Shown here: piece by piece, positions 31,247 through 40,496 of the stretch
Numbering within the stretch: position 1 is the stretch's first letter
Layout: every line of letters starts with the position of its first letter
Virus record (IMG/VR): IMGVR_UViG_3300027874_000006
Location: 1 to 42,304 of that record
DNA length: 42,304 nucleotides
DNA from: a virus
Lineage: Duplodnaviria > Caudoviricetes
Direction: 5' to 3' (one strand)
The notes under the pieces: generated by a model
What the model was told of the DNA's origin: nothing
Seen by the model: only the letters and a program-made list of their open reading frames with translations
Database searches by the model: none
Position numbers and translations under genes: made by a program

Positions 31247-31350
31247 GCGCTCCCCCCGGAGGCGACGAGGACCCCGCCGGCGGCAGTCAGCCGCCGCGCA
31301 GGGCCCCGGTGGGGGGTGCTGCTTGGAGGTCTCTCGACCTCGTCGCGGCC

Positions 31351-31379
31351 AGTGTAGCGACCGCGCGCGGCGGGCGCAA
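31351..31379 (-). promoter_or_regulatory. Internal promoter for the scaffold/capsid genes, with a structured leader
   Basis: TTGCGC (31379-31374), 17-nt spacer, TACACT (31356-31351). Confidence 0.6.
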
Positions 31380-31384
31380 CGGGG

Positions 31385-32671
31385 CTAGTACTGCGGCGGC
31401 GCCCCCGGGCCACCGCTCAGCTGATTCAGGCGCGCGAGCGGGTCGGCCACGGGTGGCAGCCCGGTCGGGACCGCCCCACCCGGACGCGCCCCGACCGGCG
31501 GGACCGGACCGAGGCCCATCGTCGACGCCGAGGACGACGTGATGGCGCCGGCGGTCGGGAGCGGCGGCACGGTGGTCTGGTGCAGGGCGACCGCGCGCCG
31601 GACGGCGGCGTCGGCGACGGCGTCGAGGTTGGGCAGGTTGACGTTGAACGCGCCCGGTTGGAACGCTCCGGGGATGATCCGGTTGTAGATGCCCGCCAGC
31701 GACGGCGAGAAGGAGGGGTCGACCTGCATCTTCGCCAGGCCGAGCGCCTGGGTCTGGGCGTTGGAGCGGACGGTCTGCTCGAGCTCCTGCTGGCGGATGT
31801 CGTTGGCGCGGTCGGTGGCGGTCTGGGCGCGGACGTCGGCGTCGTGCTGGCGCTGGGCCTGGGTGGCGGCGTAGTCGGTGACCTCCTGGTTGGCGCGGGC
31901 GAGGGCGGGCTTGACGTTCTGCTCGAAGTCCTGAACCAGGAGCTGCTGCGCCTGCGGCCAGAAGGACGGGTCGGCGGTGGCCTTCGCCTCGAGCTGGCTC
32001 CGCAGGAGCTCGTGGGCGGCGTAGACGGCGGTGAGGTCGGTGCGCTGGCCGGGGCGGGCGGCGGGTGCCTTGCCGATGTCGCCCAGCGCCCCGGGTTTGA
32101 CGGCGGCCGGGAACTGGACGTCCCACTTGCTGGTCGCCGGGTTCCACGAGGCCAGCGAGCCGTCGGGCAGTCGCTCGAGGTTGGGGGCCTGGTTGAGGGT
32201 CGGCCCCTGCGGCTTGGTGGCGACGATGCGCCAGCCGTCGGGGGCCTGGGGGTCCTCGACGCGCAGACTCCCGTCGGGGAAGGTGCGGTAGCGGGGTTGG
32301 TCGGTCTGCCCCTCGAGCGGGGTCATCGTGTCGCCACTGACGCGGTACTTGCGCCCGTCGGGGCCGGTGATGATCCGCCCCTCGCCGCGCGCGGTCTCGC
32401 CCTTGTCCCACTCCTTCTTGACCTCGTCGTCGGTCGCGGTGCCGCGCGACACCGCGCCCTCGGCCTGCCCCGTGGTCGGGTCGGGCGGGTTCGGTCCCTC
32501 GTAGACGGTGTAGGTGCCGTCGTTGCGGGTGACCTGCCAGTGCCACCACTTCGGGACCGACCCGAGCCCGACCGCACCCAGCACGCCGGTCTGGGGCGTG
32601 CCGGGCGGTGCGTCGACCTGCTTGGGCTTGGTGACCTCGCGGATGCCCTTGGGGTCTTGCGCGCCCGGCAT
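31385..32671 (-). CDS. Putative internal virion/ejection protein (428 aa)
   Basis: RBS GGAGGAGG, Q/A-rich helical region, next to the large polyvalent protein. Confidence 0.6.
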   Translation of the reverse strand: MPGAQDPKGIREVTKPKQVDAPPGTPQTGVLGAVGLGSVPKWWHWQVTRNDGTYTVYEGPNPPDPTTGQAEGAVSRGTATDDEVKKEWDKGETARGEGRIITGPDGRKYRVSGDTMTPLEGQTDQPRYRTFPDGSLRVEDPQAPDGWRIVATKPQGPTLNQAPNLERLPDGSLASWNPATSKWDVQFPAAVKPGALGDIGKAPAARPGQRTDLTAVYAAHELLRSQLEAKATADPSFWPQAQQLLVQDFEQNVKPALARANQEVTDYAATQAQRQHDADVRAQTATDRANDIRQQELEQTVRSNAQTQALGLAKMQVDPSFSPSLAGIYNRIIPGAFQPGAFNVNLPNLDAVADAAVRRAVALHQTTVPPLPTAGAITSSSASTMGLGPVPPVGARPGGAVPTGLPPVADPLARLNQLSGGPGAPPQY

Positions 32672-32707
32672 GTGCGTCCTCCTCCGCGACTCGTCTACGA
32701 TTGCGCC

Positions 32708-32965
32708 GTGAGCAGGCAGCGTTGGCTCGACGAAGCCGCGATTCTGTGGCTGATCGGTGCCGTGGTCGCGGCGTACGTCGACCGCGCCTGGCTCTGGACG
32801 TACGCGGTCACGCTCGTGCCGTTCTTCGCCGTCGCCTGGCTCGTGTACGACTGGCGGTACGGTCCGCGGCGCCCGGTCACGGGATCCGCCGCCGCTCGCG
32901 CCGGTCGCCCGACGGGATCTCCTTCAGGATCTCCTGGGCCGCCCGCCGCCGCCCCGCCTCGATAG
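32708..32965 (+). CDS. Antisense small membrane protein (moron, possible superinfection exclusion)
   Basis: 3' end of ORF 31580..32965: MSRQRWLDEAAILWLIGAVVAAYVDRAWLWTYAVTLVPFFAVAWLVYDW... with two TM segments. TACGAT lies 6 nt before the GTG. Confidence 0.6.
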   Translation: MSRQRWLDEAAILWLIGAVVAAYVDRAWLWTYAVTLVPFFAVAWLVYDWRYGPRRPVTGSAAARAGRPTGSPSGSPGPPAAAPPR

Positions 32966-35900
32966 CGTCGGCGGCCAGTTTGCGCTTGCCGGCGTCGTCC
33001 GCGTTCTCGTAGCTCGCGCGGTTCTGCACGCGGTCGAGGTTGTCGGTCGCGTACTCCAGCGCGCGGCGTTGGTAGTCGACCCGCTCCGCCGGCTCGAGGA
33101 CCACGTTCTCCACCGCGTCGGCGACCGGACCGAAGTTGAGGCCCAGGCGCCGGGTGTCCGGCAGGTCGTAGAAGGCGCGCTGCGTCTCGGTCACAGCCGC
33201 CTCGAAGTGCGCGCGGCCGAGTTGCTGCGGGCCGACGTTGAGCGCGCCGACCAGCCCCGAGACGCCCGGCGCGCGGGCCGCCTCCTGGGCGAGCGTGGTC
33301 GCCTGGCGCCGCGCCTCGCCGGGCACCTCGGGGTGGTAGCCGAGCGCGCCCAAGCCCAGGTCGAGCGCCCAGAGGCCCTGCGCGCCCGCGCCGCCGGTGT
33401 AGTTCCTGATCGCGTACTCGATCATGCGGGGTGAGACGCCGAATTGCCGGCCGAGCGCGACCGCGGTCTCGGAGGTCTCGGGCCCGAACTGCTCCTCGGC
33501 CGGCCGGCCGGCCTCGCCCTGCGGCACGATCGGGCGCTGGCGGAACGGGTCGTAGTTGGCCTGGATCGCGGAGGCGGTCGCGGCCAGCGGCGGGGTGAGC
33601 GCCGCCGCCAGGCCCGGCACGTTCGGCTCGACCGGCGAGAGGCCGCGCGTGGCGGCCGCGCCGGCGTGCAGGAACAGCTCCGCCGCCGAGCGGTCGTTGC
33701 GCGCGTCGGCCAGGCGCAGCATGGCCTCGATGGGGGCCGACACCAGCGCGCCGGCGTCGCCCTTGGGGATCTTCACGTAGAGGGGGATCTTCTGCGGCGG
33801 CGCGTCGGGCATCCGGGGATCGGGCGCCTCCTCGGCCTCGCCGAACTGGAAGACCCAGTTGCGGTCCCACTCGGAGTCGGGGATCGACGCCGAGGAGTCG
33901 TAGCGCTTGTTCCACAGGTACGCCGCCGTCGAGAGCACCGCCGCCGGCGCCGCCGCGCGGGCGGCGAACTGGGCCTTGTTGTCGCGGGCGAGGCGCAGCG
34001 TGTTGGCGGTCCCCTGGACGCGCGCGTTCAGGAACGGGACCATCTGGTTCATCATCTTGACGAAGTTGCCCGACTTGGAGAAATCCACCGTGACGTCGCG
34101 GGCCCGCACCGCCGCCTCGCGGGTCGTCGCCCCCTCGGCGCGCGCCTTCAGGAAGGTCGCCAAGCGCGGCGCCTGCTCGGCGATCTCGTTGGCGCGCATC
34201 ACGGGCGCGGTCGCCTTGCCCAGCAGGCGCGGCAGCAGCAGCACGGCGTCGCGCGCGTCGCGGACCTCGATCCCGCCGCGCAGGGACCGGGCGCGGGCGA
34301 GGACGTCCTGCGTGCGGCGGGACTCGAGCAGGCCCCCGCCGAGGGCGCCGGATGCCGCGGCCTCGGAGAAGTCGGCGTTCTTCGCGATGGCGGCCTTCCA
34401 CCCGGCCAGCATCTCGGGCGACCAGAGCTTGATCCCCTCCTTGACGTAGGCGGACTGGGCGTCGCGCAGGATGTTGCGCGGCAGGAAGGCCAGGTTGTAG
34501 GCGGTCGCGCCGGCCCGCAGCGGCATCGCCAGCGCGGACGCGATCCGCAGGAACAGGCTCGACGGCTCGGCCTCGGACCCCTTGGCGATGTCGGCGAAGA
34601 CCTTCGGCACGTCGGCGAGTTGCTCGACGCCGGGCTGCGCGGGGTCGTAGAAGCGCACGACCCCGCGCTCGCGCGTCTCGGCGCCCCGGCCCGCGCGCTC
34701 GAGCGCCTCGCGCGTCCCGACCAGGACGTCGTGCCCGGCCCCCTGGCGGTCGGCGGCGACCAGTCCGTCGACCATCTCGCGGGACGCGCGGTTCTGGAAG
34801 ACCCGCTTCTGGGTGTCGATGAGGTCGGCCATCCAGCGCGCGACCGGGTCGTCGAGCGGCCTAGTCGACCCGACCAGGCTGCGCTTGCCCAGGTCGACCG
34901 CGCTCGCCGAGGCGGGGCCGCGGGGCGGCAGCAGGTGGCCGACGCCCTCGCCGGCGTAGTCGTAGCGGTGGAACGGCAGGTAGTGCGGGTTGTTGACGCG
35001 GTAGTCGCGGTACTGCGCGGGCGAGATCAGGCCGGCGTCGAGGAGCGGCCTCAGGCGCAACTCGTCGTTGAGCGCGTTCAGCTCGCGCATCGCCGCGTCG
35101 GCGCGGGCGACGCGCTCGGGCCCGTAGCGGCTCACCAGCGCCTTGAGTTCTTGCTGGACCCCGGCGGCCCCGTTCACGCCACCGGGGAGGCGCACGCCGG
35201 GGGAGCGGGCGGCCAGGTCCTCGGCCGACTTGAGGAACCAGAGACGCTCGAGCACGGGCACGTCGGAGCCGAGCCGGTCGAGGACCGGGAGCACGCGCGT
35301 GCGGACGAGGTCCTCGCCGGCGGCGACGGCGCCGGGGACGATCTGGGCGGCGGCGTGGGCGCCGGTCAGGCGGTCGTTGCCGACCAGCGCGTCGACCTCG
35401 CGCAGCGCGTGGTTGCGGTCGTAGGCCTCGCGCACCAGGCGATCCGCGGCGTCCTCGAGTTGCTGGGCCCGCGTGGTCGTCGGCCGCGCCAGCGCCCGCT
35501 CGGTCGCGACGCCCGGCGGGGTCACCTCAATCGGCGCCCGCTGAGCCCCGACGTCGGTCACGACCCGCTGCGGCGTGGCGCGGCCGGCGGTCTCGACGGT
35601 CTGCGCCAGGCCCTCGCCGGGGCGCCCACCCTCGACCGCGCGCAGCGCCGGCGCGGCGCCGGCCTCGGGCGGCGGCTGGGCCCAGACCGGGATCCGGCTC
35701 CGCAGCGCGGCGACATCGGCCGCGGTCGCCGGCGCCTCCTCGGAGAACAGACCCGGCTCGGTCGCGCGGGCGCGCGCCGCTTCCTCGTCGGAGACGAGGA
35801 AGCCCTCCTCGAGCGCCCGCTGCCGCGCCGCTTCCTCCTGGGCGCGCATCCCCATCGGGGAACGCTGGGCGGGTTTGGTCGGCTTGCCGGCCGCCTCGTC

Positions 35901-37868
35901 CTTCTTGCGCTGCATCCAGGCGGCGAAGTCGCCGGGGCCCGGGACGTCCTCGCCCAGGCCGGCCGCGCTGACGGCCCCGCCGACCCGCCCGCCGCCCGTC
36001 CCACCGCGCGCCTCCTGGGCGGCGGTGGTCGCCTCGGCCTCGGCGGCCGCGCCGGGGCGCAGCATCTCGGCGAGCACGCCCGGCTCGGACTGGCCCTGCC
36101 GGGTCAGGAACTGGCCGAGCAGTCCCCCGTCGAGCGCGGCGCCGACGACCTTCACGATCGACTGGACGGCCGCGCCCGGGTTCGAGAAGTCGAGCGGCTC
36201 CTCCCCGGAGGTGATGCGCTGGAGGGTGCCGGCGCCCCGGCCGACGATGTCCTCGCCGGTGGCCGGCACCTCGCCCCGCTGCACCCGCTCCTGCTCGCGC
36301 CGGGACGGCGGCGCCACGTTGGGCGAGACGTTGGGCGGCAGGTACGGCACGCGCGCGCCGAAGGGCCCGCCCAGGTTCGCCAGGCCCTCGAGCCCGAACG
36401 GCGGCCGGTTGGGCGTCAGCGGTTCCTGCTCGGCCTGGTCCTCCTCGACGACCGCCTCGGGCACGCCCGTGAACGACTTGTCCCGGAACGGGGGCGCCGG
36501 CTGCTCGAACGCGGACGGCGGCCGGTCGCCCGCGGTGCTCACGCCGTTGTCGGCGGCCACGCTCGGGGTCGGCGAGCGCGGGTTGTCGACGTAGAGCACG
36601 CCGTTGATCCCGCCGTCGAGGTCGGCGATCTCCTGCGCGCTCATCCACGCGCTCCCGCCCCGCCGCGCCTCGCCGGTCTTGCCGACCCGCAGGCGGCCCG
36701 TGGCCGCGTCGTAGCCGTTGACGTAGTAGTAGTGCCGGGGCGTCGAGACGATCACGGGGTTCCCGGAGGCGGCGTCGTGGGCGACCTCGCCGAAGTCGGG
36801 GTTGGCGTCGAGTCGGGAGGCCACGCCCAGGTCGGAGAGGAGCGCCTGCTCGTTGGCGACGCCGTTCATCCCGCCCTCGGGCGTCCACCCGCGCGCCCGC
36901 GCCAGGCGGCGTGCTTCTCCAAGGTCGGGGTTGCGCCCGTTCGCTTGCGCGAAGGCGAGCGCCGCGACCGGCCCGCAGATGGCGGCGGCCTCCTCGTAGG
37001 GCAGGCCCTGCTCGAACTGGCCGACCGCCTCGGCGCGAACGGGCGTTCGTTGGCCTTGAAACTGCGTCGATTCTGCCCCAGGAGCGGGGGCAGAGCCCAA
37101 AACCGACTCCGTGGGCGTCCCCCCACCTGGCGAGGCTCCTAGCGCGTCCTGCGCTGCCTGGTAGTTGGCGCCGGCGCGCTCGGGGTCGACGCTGCGCTGC
37201 CCGACCCGCTGCGCGTAGCTGGCGAGGTCCGCGCCGGTCAGTCCCTGGGCCTGTCCCTGCTTGATCGCCTGGCCGAGGTAGCCCGCGAGCGCCCAGCGGT
37301 TGGCCGAGTGGGGATCGGCGGCCAATTCGGCGTCGGCCTGCTGCTCGCTGATGCCGCGCGACCGCGCGTACTCGTTGCCCATCCCGCCGCCGAAGAACAG
37401 CTGGAACGTGCCGCGACTGCCGCCCTTCGCCACGTCGCCCTGCGTGCCGCCCATCCCGCCCTCGGTCGCGGCGACGGCGACGGCGGCGCGGGCGCCCGCG
37501 TCGTCCAGGCCGGCCGCCCGCGCATCGGCGTAGACGCGCTGGAGCGGATCGGCACCGACCCCCGTCGCCCCGACGGCCTCGGGCTGCGAAGCGGCCGGCG
37601 CCACCGGGGCGCGGGCGCTCGCCACCGCGGCGGCGTGCTGGTCGGCGGTGTCGTAGAAGGCACGCCGGGCGTCCGCGGTCGCCTGCTGGTCGCGGATCGC
37701 GCCCCGTTGGGCGTCGGCGGTGCGGGCGAACTCCTGCTGGGCGGCCTGGTCCTGCTGCTGCCGGGCGGCGTCCACCTGCGCGGCGTGCGCGGCGGCGGTC
37801 TGCGCGAACTGATCCTGGTTGTGCTGGTCGAACTGGTCCTGCGGGATTGGAGGAAGGGCCGTCGGCAT
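32877..37868 (-). CDS. Large polyvalent ejection protein (lysozyme-like, C39-like peptidase, LPD38-like C-terminus), 1663 aa
   Basis: ATEGG...SRGTFQL (muramidase-like), ICGPVAA...HYYYVNGYD (C39-like Cys-His-Asp), and RDVTVDFSKSG...VPFLNARVQG...PFRQRPIVP (LPD38-like). Confidence 0.75.
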   Translation of the reverse strand: MPTALPPIPQDQFDQHNQDQFAQTAAAHAAQVDAARQQQDQAAQQEFARTADAQRGAIRDQQATADARRAFYDTADQHAAAVASARAPVAPAASQPEAVGATGVGADPLQRVYADARAAGLDDAGARAAVAVAATEGGMGGTQGDVAKGGSRGTFQLFFGGGMGNEYARSRGISEQQADAELAADPHSANRWALAGYLGQAIKQGQAQGLTGADLASYAQRVGQRSVDPERAGANYQAAQDALGASPGGGTPTESVLGSAPAPGAESTQFQGQRTPVRAEAVGQFEQGLPYEEAAAICGPVAALAFAQANGRNPDLGEARRLARARGWTPEGGMNGVANEQALLSDLGVASRLDANPDFGEVAHDAASGNPVIVSTPRHYYYVNGYDAATGRLRVGKTGEARRGGSAWMSAQEIADLDGGINGVLYVDNPRSPTPSVAADNGVSTAGDRPPSAFEQPAPPFRDKSFTGVPEAVVEEDQAEQEPLTPNRPPFGLEGLANLGGPFGARVPYLPPNVSPNVAPPSRREQERVQRGEVPATGEDIVGRGAGTLQRITSGEEPLDFSNPGAAVQSIVKVVGAALDGGLLGQFLTRQGQSEPGVLAEMLRPGAAAEAEATTAAQEARGGTGGGRVGGAVSAAGLGEDVPGPGDFAAWMQRKKDEAAGKPTKPAQRSPMGMRAQEEAARQRALEEGFLVSDEEAARARATEPGLFSEEAPATAADVAALRSRIPVWAQPPPEAGAAPALRAVEGGRPGEGLAQTVETAGRATPQRVVTDVGAQRAPIEVTPPGVATERALARPTTTRAQQLEDAADRLVREAYDRNHALREVDALVGNDRLTGAHAAAQIVPGAVAAGEDLVRTRVLPVLDRLGSDVPVLERLWFLKSAEDLAARSPGVRLPGGVNGAAGVQQELKALVSRYGPERVARADAAMRELNALNDELRLRPLLDAGLISPAQYRDYRVNNPHYLPFHRYDYAGEGVGHLLPPRGPASASAVDLGKRSLVGSTRPLDDPVARWMADLIDTQKRVFQNRASREMVDGLVAADRQGAGHDVLVGTREALERAGRGAETRERGVVRFYDPAQPGVEQLADVPKVFADIAKGSEAEPSSLFLRIASALAMPLRAGATAYNLAFLPRNILRDAQSAYVKEGIKLWSPEMLAGWKAAIAKNADFSEAAASGALGGGLLESRRTQDVLARARSLRGGIEVRDARDAVLLLPRLLGKATAPVMRANEIAEQAPRLATFLKARAEGATTREAAVRARDVTVDFSKSGNFVKMMNQMVPFLNARVQGTANTLRLARDNKAQFAARAAAPAAVLSTAAYLWNKRYDSSASIPDSEWDRNWVFQFGEAEEAPDPRMPDAPPQKIPLYVKIPKGDAGALVSAPIEAMLRLADARNDRSAAELFLHAGAAATRGLSPVEPNVPGLAAALTPPLAATASAIQANYDPFRQRPIVPQGEAGRPAEEQFGPETSETAVALGRQFGVSPRMIEYAIRNYTGGAGAQGLWALDLGLGALGYHPEVPGEARRQATTLAQEAARAPGVSGLVGALNVGPQQLGRAHFEAAVTETQRAFYDLPDTRRLGLNFGPVADAVENVVLEPAERVDYQRRALEYATDNLDRVQNRASYENADDAGKRKLAADAIEAGRRRAAQEILKEIPSGDRRERRRIP

Positions 37869-37887
37869 CTCAGGCTGCCTGGCTACT

Positions 37888-37896
37888 TGCTATAAT
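37888..37896 (+). promoter_or_regulatory. Consensus extended -10 promoter (TGcTATAAT) for the HNH gene
   Basis: Perfect TGn-TATAAT in a very high-GC genome, about 64 nt upstream of ATG 37960. Confidence 0.75.
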
Positions 37897-37959
37897 GTGA
37901 GTGCTCCCGCGCTGGTGGAACAGCCGGGAGCGTGGCACCACAAACGACTGAGGTTTGCG

Positions 37960-39123
37960 ATGCAGGATGAGTCTATCCCCGCGCGCCTGATCGAGCGGCT
38001 CTGGCCGCTGATCGACAAGACCGACACCCACTGGTGGTGGACCGGCGACCGGTTCTCCGGCGGCTACGGACGCATCACGGTCGGCCGTCGCGCCTGGTGC
38101 GTCCACCGCCTGGTGTGGACGCTCCTGCGCGGGCCAATCCCGCCGGGGCTGTTCGTCTGCCACGCCTGCGACGCCGAGTTCCCGCCCGGAGACACGACCT
38201 ACCGCGCCTGCTGCAACCCCGACCACCTCTTCCTCGGCACCGTGCAGGACAACGTGGCCGACATGGTGCGGAAGGGCAGATCGACGGCGGGTGACCGCAA
38301 TCCGTCGCGGACCCGCCCCGACCGACTGGCGCGTGGCGCCCAGAACCACAAGACGAAACTGACCGAGGATCAGGTCCGCGCCATCCGGGCACGCTACGCG
38401 GCCGGCGGCGTCACGCAAGTGGATCTCGCGCGGGAGTTCGGCGTCGACAAACCCGCGATTTGGAAGATCCTGCAACACCGGACCTGGAAGTACGTGACGC
38501 CCGAGGGACACGCGGCGAGTCACGAGCCACCACCACCCCCGGCACCCAGGCCGCGAGGCCGGCCGGGACGGAAGCCACAACCACGCATCCCGTGCGTGTG
38601 CGAGGTCTGCGGCAAGGCGTTCGAGATGACGCAGGCCGACGCGCGGCGGGGACGCGGTCGGCGGTGCAGTCGATCGTGCGGCCTGACCAAACTGCTCGCA
38701 CCCAACTGCGTCTGCCCGCGGTGCGGCAGAGCCGTCTACCGCACCCCGTCGCAACTCGCGTCCCGGGCGAACGTCTACTGCAGCATCCTCTGCTCGAACC
38801 TCAGTCGCCCCACCGAGCCGCTCTGGTCGCGCATCTGGCGGCAGGTGGACTACGGCGGGGAGGGGTGCTGGGAGTGGACGGGGTGCGTGAACCCAGGAGG
38901 CTACGGCGTCCTGTCGATCACGGAGGATGGACGCACCCGGCCGTACGCCGTGACCCGACTGGTTTGGCGTCTGATCCACGGCGACTGGCCGATCTTCGCC
39001 TGCCACGCATGCGACAACCGCCGTTGTGTGCGCCCCTCGCACCTCTTCAACGGCACGGCGGCCGACAACGTGGCGGACATGTGGGCGAAGGGGAGAGGAC
39101 CGGATCGCCGGAAGAGCCATTAG
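37960..39123 (+). CDS. Double-HNH homing endonuclease (HNH - HTH - Zn fingers - HNH)
   Basis: Two W.WTG...GYG...RLVW...CHACD...C..P.HLF.GT..DNVADM..KGR domains, a KLTEDQVRAIR HTH, and CEVC/CSRSC/CPRC/CSILC. RBS GAGGT. Confidence 0.88.
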   Translation: MQDESIPARLIERLWPLIDKTDTHWWWTGDRFSGGYGRITVGRRAWCVHRLVWTLLRGPIPPGLFVCHACDAEFPPGDTTYRACCNPDHLFLGTVQDNVADMVRKGRSTAGDRNPSRTRPDRLARGAQNHKTKLTEDQVRAIRARYAAGGVTQVDLAREFGVDKPAIWKILQHRTWKYVTPEGHAASHEPPPPPAPRPRGRPGRKPQPRIPCVCEVCGKAFEMTQADARRGRGRRCSRSCGLTKLLAPNCVCPRCGRAVYRTPSQLASRANVYCSILCSNLSRPTEPLWSRIWRQVDYGGEGCWEWTGCVNPGGYGVLSITEDGRTRPYAVTRLVWRLIHGDWPIFACHACDNRRCVRPSHLFNGTAADNVADMWAKGRGPDRRKSH

Positions 39124-40496
39124 GCCGCCTGGTACGAGGCGTGGCGAGGTCCAACAGCCCGAGGCAAACTGTTCGCGTAGCGCCACTTCGCGGAGTTGAT
39201 GTCCTCGCCCTGGTGCTCCAGGCCGGCGTAGTAGAGGGACATTGCATACGGGTCAGTCCGATTCACGTCGGTCGGCGACAGTTGCGACGGGGCGGTCATC
39301 CCGGCGGCGACGGCCGGGGACGTGCGCGGGCCGTAGGCGGCGGTGGCGTACTGGTTGGCGCCGGGTTGCGGGACGTTGGCCGATTCCCAGCCGTACGGAT
39401 TGGGCCGCGTGCCCATCGGCGTGCCGGCGGCGGCCTGCGCCTGCGCCTGCGCCTGCATCTGCGCCGACTGCACCGGCGTCGTGCTGAGCGCCTGCCAGCC
39501 GGCGCCCGTGTACGTCTGCGCGGTGGCGCCCGTCTTGGGGATGCCGCTCGGGTTGTAGTTGGGCGCCGGCGCGCCGGGGTAGGTGTCGGCGTAGCCGCTG
39601 TAGCCGGGCGCGGGTCCGGTGCGCGGCCCGTAGCCGGCCGGGTACGCACCGACGGGCGCCCCAGCGCCCTGCCCGTACACGCCGACGTCCCCGAGCATCC
39701 CTCTCTGGGCCGGGTTCTGGGCGGTCAGCGGCAGGCGCCCCATCGCGGCCTGGATGTTGGCCCGCATGCTGGGCGGGATGTTCGCCAGCGTCTCGGCGTA
39801 GACGAAGGCGTTCTCCGGCCCACGCGCGCCCTGGAGGATGCGGAGCACGTCGGTGGTCGTCTGGTTCTGGAGGCGCTCGCGCTCGAGGGTCGGCGTGCCG
39901 GGCACCTGCCCGAGCACCTGCTCGACCAGTTCCTTCGAGGAGGGCTGGCCGGTCGAGGCCGTCATCGCGCGCAGGCGCTCGATGGCCGCGCGCGCCTGGG
40001 CGGGGTCCATCCCGAGCGTCTGGGCGAGCGTGTTGGCCTCCATCTGCCGGGCGGTCTCGCCGTCGTTGGCCTGGACGGCCTGCTGGTAGGCCGGGTTGGA
40101 CCGCAGCGCGGCGATGGCGTCGAGCGCCTTCTGGCCGGTGCCGGCGTAGGAGGGGCCGGGCGTGTAGCCCGACAGGGTCGCCTGGTCGTAGGCGCGCTTC
40201 CAGACGTCGCGCGCCTCCTGCAAATCGAGGGACCGCACGTCGACCAGGTTGAGGCGCATCCAGGCGATCCAGTTCGCCACCGCCGCGTCGGCGGCCGAGG
40301 CCGCCCCGGTGTTGAGGCCCGGCGGGCCGCCCGCGCTCGAGGGGCCGGCGCTGGACTGCCCGGCGCGGTCGTAGGCGCCGACCACGGACGCCTCGTCCAT
40401 CGGCCCCGAGTAGCCGGCGGCGGTGACGCCGGCGCGGACCTCGCCGAGGGTCTTCGGTCCGTCGCGGGTCTGGACGACCTTGGCGTCGTCCTCCAT
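39120..40496 (-). CDS. Putative internal virion/ejection protein (458 aa)
   Basis: A/Q/G/P-rich, located between the portal and the polyvalent protein, with a coupled start. Confidence 0.6.
   Translation of the reverse strand: MEDDAKVVQTRDGPKTLGEVRAGVTAAGYSGPMDEASVVGAYDRAGQSSAGPSSAGGPPGLNTGAASAADAAVANWIAWMRLNLVDVRSLDLQEARDVWKRAYDQATLSGYTPGPSYAGTGQKALDAIAALRSNPAYQQAVQANDGETARQMEANTLAQTLGMDPAQARAAIERLRAMTASTGQPSSKELVEQVLGQVPGTPTLERERLQNQTTTDVLRILQGARGPENAFVYAETLANIPPSMRANIQAAMGRLPLTAQNPAQRGMLGDVGVYGQGAGAPVGAYPAGYGPRTGPAPGYSGYADTYPGAPAPNYNPSGIPKTGATAQTYTGAGWQALSTTPVQSAQMQAQAQAQAAAGTPMGTRPNPYGWESANVPQPGANQYATAAYGPRTSPAVAAGMTAPSQLSPTDVNRTDPYAMSLYYAGLEHQGEDINSAKWRYANSLPRAVGPRHASYQAA

Noticed and set aside
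32701-33012. ORF-track call 32701..33012 (+)
   Set aside because: It is Arg-rich with no protein-like features. The overlapping frame 32708..32965 gives a clear two-TM protein with a correctly spaced -10 box.
33444-37142. 1232-aa plus-strand ORF
   Set aside because: It is the antisense shadow of the 1663-aa gene, with R/G/A/V-rich composition and no domain motifs.
32877-37868. Largest gene as a tape measure protein
   Set aside because: There are no adjacent tail tube or tail assembly chaperone genes and no TMP-type periodic repeats. The domain content fits an ejection/polyvalent protein.
37870-39186. 438-aa minus-strand ORF, or a self-splicing intron around the HNH
   Set aside because: The ORF is the antisense of the HNH gene. 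The flanking genes are each complete with their own stop and start, and the HNH is antisense to them, so no intron is required.
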